The notes under the pieces were generated by a model. The model was given only the letters and a program-made list of their open reading frames with translations, was not told the origin of the DNA and did no database searches. Shown in pieces: positions 61,445 to 64,000 of a stretch of DNA of 64,000 nt; the stretch's first letter is position 1, and each line of letters starts with the position of its first letter. The translations under genes and the position numbers were made by a program. The stretch is from an uncultured Acidimicrobiia bacterium (GTDB lineage: Bacteria > Acidobacteriota > Terriglobia > Versatilivoradales > Versatilivoraceae): assembly GCA_963786955.1 (NCBI GenBank), contig CAWBAT010000009.1, positions 128,001 to 192,000 on the forward strand, in the 5' to 3' direction.

Positions 61445-61643
61445 GTAACTAACGCCAAGAGATGACGGCGGCGCAGAGCTCCGCCAACCACACGCGTATA
61501 ATTCACCCTCACCTCCAACTCCTCTCCCTCGCTGGGGAGAGGAGAGCCGAATATTCGTTATCTGGTCTAGGTCGAGCCCCCGCGAGACCTATCCCGCATC
61601 CCGATGCCCGTGAATGAGTTTCACCAGACAGGCATCACCCTTC

Positions 61644-62918
61644 TCATCCCCACCAGGTTTCCCCGGGTGCCAAGTGGGCTCGCACCTGGTCTTCGTTGAG
61701 TTCCACCCCGAAGCCAGGCTTGTCCTGGATTTGAATCTTTCCATTCTTGATAATAGGGCCTTCATGAATTACGAACTTTTCCCACTCTTCAGTGGAAGAC
61801 ATTCGACCTATCACGAACTCGTGGGCGCGGAAATCGGCGATGGCCGCGGCGCAATGCGCGGAAGCCAGCGTGCCCAGCGGACTGCACACGTTGTGGGCGC
61901 AAACGGGGATGGAATAGAGTTCGGCCAGGTCCGCGATCTTCTTCGACTCGAGAAGACCCCCCGCTTTGGGAATGTCGATCTGGATGAGGTGGCACCCCTG
62001 CTTCATGATAAACGGTTGAAACCCTTGCCGCCGGTAAAGATTTTCTCCCATGAGTATCGGCACAGGCGAGGCTTCCGTCAGTTTGACCCATGATTCGGAA
62101 AATTCCACCGACATGGGATCTTCCAGCCACATCGGCTTGATGAACGCCACGGTACGGGCAAGCTCAAGCGCGTCGATCCAGTCAAAGTTCCAGTGGCAGT
62201 GTACGGCGATATCGATGTCGTCGCCCAAGGCTTCACGCAGGTTGGCAAATCCTCGGGCGATCCGGGAGAGGTCCTTGCGCGTCAAATGGCGGCTGCCGGG
62301 TTCATGGCCGGGCTCGCGGTACTGTGGATCATACTGCTGGGAGTAGGCATCCACCTGAGACTTGACGGCCGTAATGCCGTAAGGGTGATTTTTGATCATT
62401 TCTGCATATTTTCGGCACGATGTCGGGTCAAGGGCATCCTCCGGCTGGCTCGTCCAGTAGGCCCGCACGCCATCTCGATATTGCCCTCCAAGTAGCTTGC
62501 AGACTGGAACATTGAGAATCTTCCCGACCAGGTCCCATAGAGCAATCTCGACTCCGCTGATGGCCGTTACGGTCACGCCGGCTATGGAGCCCATTCCACC
62601 CGTATATCGGATCATCTTTGAATAGAGGCGTTCGACATCGAGGGGATCTTCTCCAATGACCTGATTGCGGAGGGTGCCCAGCACCATGTCCTTGACGCCA
62701 TGTCCCCAATAGGCTTCACCAATGCCTGCGATTCCGCTGTCCGTTTCCACTTTGACCATGTTCCAGTTGGCTGTGCCCAGAACCACCATGAATTTCACGT
62801 CGGTGATCTTGACCTTCTTGCGCATGGGGTTGGCCATGGCATAAAAACTGGGAATAGCTGCGACGGCTGGTATAGCTCCTGCGAGCCGCTTGAAGAAGTT
62901 ACGTCTAGGTATCTTCAT
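61644..62918 (-). CDS. Mandelate racemase / sugar-acid dehydratase family enzyme with Tat signal
   Basis: RRNFFK signal; GIGEA, EIALWDLVGK, WLEDP, MGENL, KAGGL, PGFGVEL. Confidence 0.9.
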   Translation of the reverse strand: MKIPRRNFFKRLAGAIPAVAAIPSFYAMANPMRKKVKITDVKFMVVLGTANWNMVKVETDSGIAGIGEAYWGHGVKDMVLGTLRNQVIGEDPLDVERLYSKMIRYTGGMGSIAGVTVTAISGVEIALWDLVGKILNVPVCKLLGGQYRDGVRAYWTSQPEDALDPTSCRKYAEMIKNHPYGITAVKSQVDAYSQQYDPQYREPGHEPGSRHLTRKDLSRIARGFANLREALGDDIDIAVHCHWNFDWIDALELARTVAFIKPMWLEDPMSVEFSESWVKLTEASPVPILMGENLYRRQGFQPFIMKQGCHLIQIDIPKAGGLLESKKIADLAELYSIPVCAHNVCSPLGTLASAHCAAAIADFRAHEFVIGRMSSTEEWEKFVIHEGPIIKNGKIQIQDKPGFGVELNEDQVRAHLAPGETWWG

Positions 62919-63084
62919 CGAAACCTACAGTTGACCTACCCGCTACGGTTCGTGGATTTTTGCGGGGGATTGCAGAATATATTGACGAACCCCTCACGCC
63001 CCGCCCCCCCAAAGAGTGTGAAATAATTGTTTTCGGTGGCGCTCTGCAAGTGTCCGTCGGTTAAGGGGGGCTCCAACGGGTAAG

Positions 63085-63154
63085 GTAGGGCGGTCTCGCT
63101 GAGACCGCCGACTCCAAGTCTGACATGGCGGCGCGCACAGCGTGCGCGCCCTAC
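63085..63154. repeat. REP-like doublet
   Basis: GTAGGGCGGTCTC..GAGACCGCC and GGCGCGCAC..GTGCGCGCCCTAC. Confidence 0.6.
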
Positions 63155-63230
63155 CAGAGCGCCCACCCCCTCGCCCCTTCCCCGGCCCGCAATGGCAGCT
63201 GTGCGACCGGCTTCCTTGATTCAGCACCAA

Positions 63231-64000
63231 TCACCACCAGAACTTTAAACCGAACTGTATTTGGCGGGGAGTGTTTAGAAGATCGCTGTTTGAAGTAAGC
63301 CGGCCAAAAGTTGAACTCTGTAAAGTAGTCGATCCGGTACCAAAACGCACTCGATTGAAGGCATTAAACATTTCAAAACGGAAATCAAGATTCATTTTTT
63401 CGCCGAGATTGAAGGTCCGACTCACGAGAAGGTTCTCGGTGTAATTGGGGAACTGACGGCATTTGGGGTTATAGCGGGTGGCATTGCCGAACACTGTGGT
63501 TGGCTGCGGTCCGAAGGAGGCCGCTGGCTTAAAGAAGGTGTTGACTGACGGATCGAAATTCTGGATGTCTGAACACCCCCAATCGTCATAGGTACTGATC
63601 GTGGGCCGGTTGGGGCCCGCGAAGAGAGGCAAAGCAACAGTAGTGGCCAAGCCAACAGGCAGACCACTTGAATAGTAAAGAATCCCTCCGAGTTGCCAAC
63701 CGCCCGCCAGAGCCGCGCCGACCCCTTGTGTGAGCCACTTTTGGTTTTTCCCAAAGGGCAAATTATATAACCCCGAAAACTTGAAGTTGTGCGTGACGTC
63801 GAACCCACTGATGGACTTATCCAGTTGGTGGTTGGCTTGATCCATCGAGAGGACGTACCCTGCTGGTGAATCGGAATCACCAATAGTCTTGGAATAGACA
63901 TAGGATGTCTGGAAAGTCAGTCCACTTCCAAAGCGCTTGTCGAGCCGGAAGATGGCGGCATGATAGGACGAGTTACCGCTGTGGTCTCCCCCCCCAGTAC
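63231..64000 (-). CDS. TonB-dependent (Oar-like) outer-membrane receptor, C-terminal part (runs off window end)
   Basis: Frame open to the window edge; SSYHA..KRF..GL..SY.YSK, YNLPFGK, GGWQLGGI, FEMFNAFNR, PRQIQFGLKF. Confidence 0.9.
   Translation of the reverse strand, partial: TGGGDHSGNSSYHAAIFRLDKRFGSGLTFQTSYVYSKTIGDSDSPAGYVLSMDQANHQLDKSISGFDVTHNFKFSGLYNLPFGKNQKWLTQGVGAALAGGWQLGGILYYSSGLPVGLATTVALPLFAGPNRPTISTYDDWGCSDIQNFDPSVNTFFKPAASFGPQPTTVFGNATRYNPKCRQFPNYTENLLVSRTFNLGEKMNLDFRFEMFNAFNRVRFGTGSTTLQSSTFGRLTSNSDLLNTPRQIQFGLKFWW

Noticed and set aside
57790-61452. Composite transposon that carried the MMPL operon in
   Set aside because: The outer flanks (TCCGGCTG vs GTAACTAA) do not match; each MITE has its own duplication

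Overview
Bacterial chromosomal window, most likely Acidobacteriota (Terriglobia-like). This is inferred from an acidobacterial-type VWA protein, an Oar-like TonB-dependent receptor and several DUF1080 and Tat-signal sugar enzymes. Content: two tRNAs (Ser-CGA next to tadA; Arg-ACG), a corrinoid methyltransferase cluster (UroD-fold methyltransferase, corrinoid protein, DUF1638, ASKHA/2Fe-2S activator), and many carbohydrate enzymes (GH38, GH36, GH106, GH63-like, beta-helix protein, PQQ dehydrogenase, two enolase-superfamily dehydratases, RraA aldolase). There is also a GC-rich block (pfkA, cax, glucosidase, cydAB) with a duplication scar, an MMPL/LolA-like pair flanked by two 168-bp MITEs, many REP-like and MITE repeats, three single-base frameshifts and three gene-truncation scars. 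The most unusual locus is 17.5-19.7 kb. It encodes a 71-aa orphan protein bracketed by a perfect 17-bp inverted repeat, then a stand-alone cyanophycin-synthetase N-domain-type Zn-peptidase (Cx19HxxEH) joined through a frameshift to a globin-like sensor domain, then an XRE regulator with a CPxSxSGxC motif. I read this as a candidate undescribed regulatory module. All family calls are from motif recognition by eye; no searches were run.
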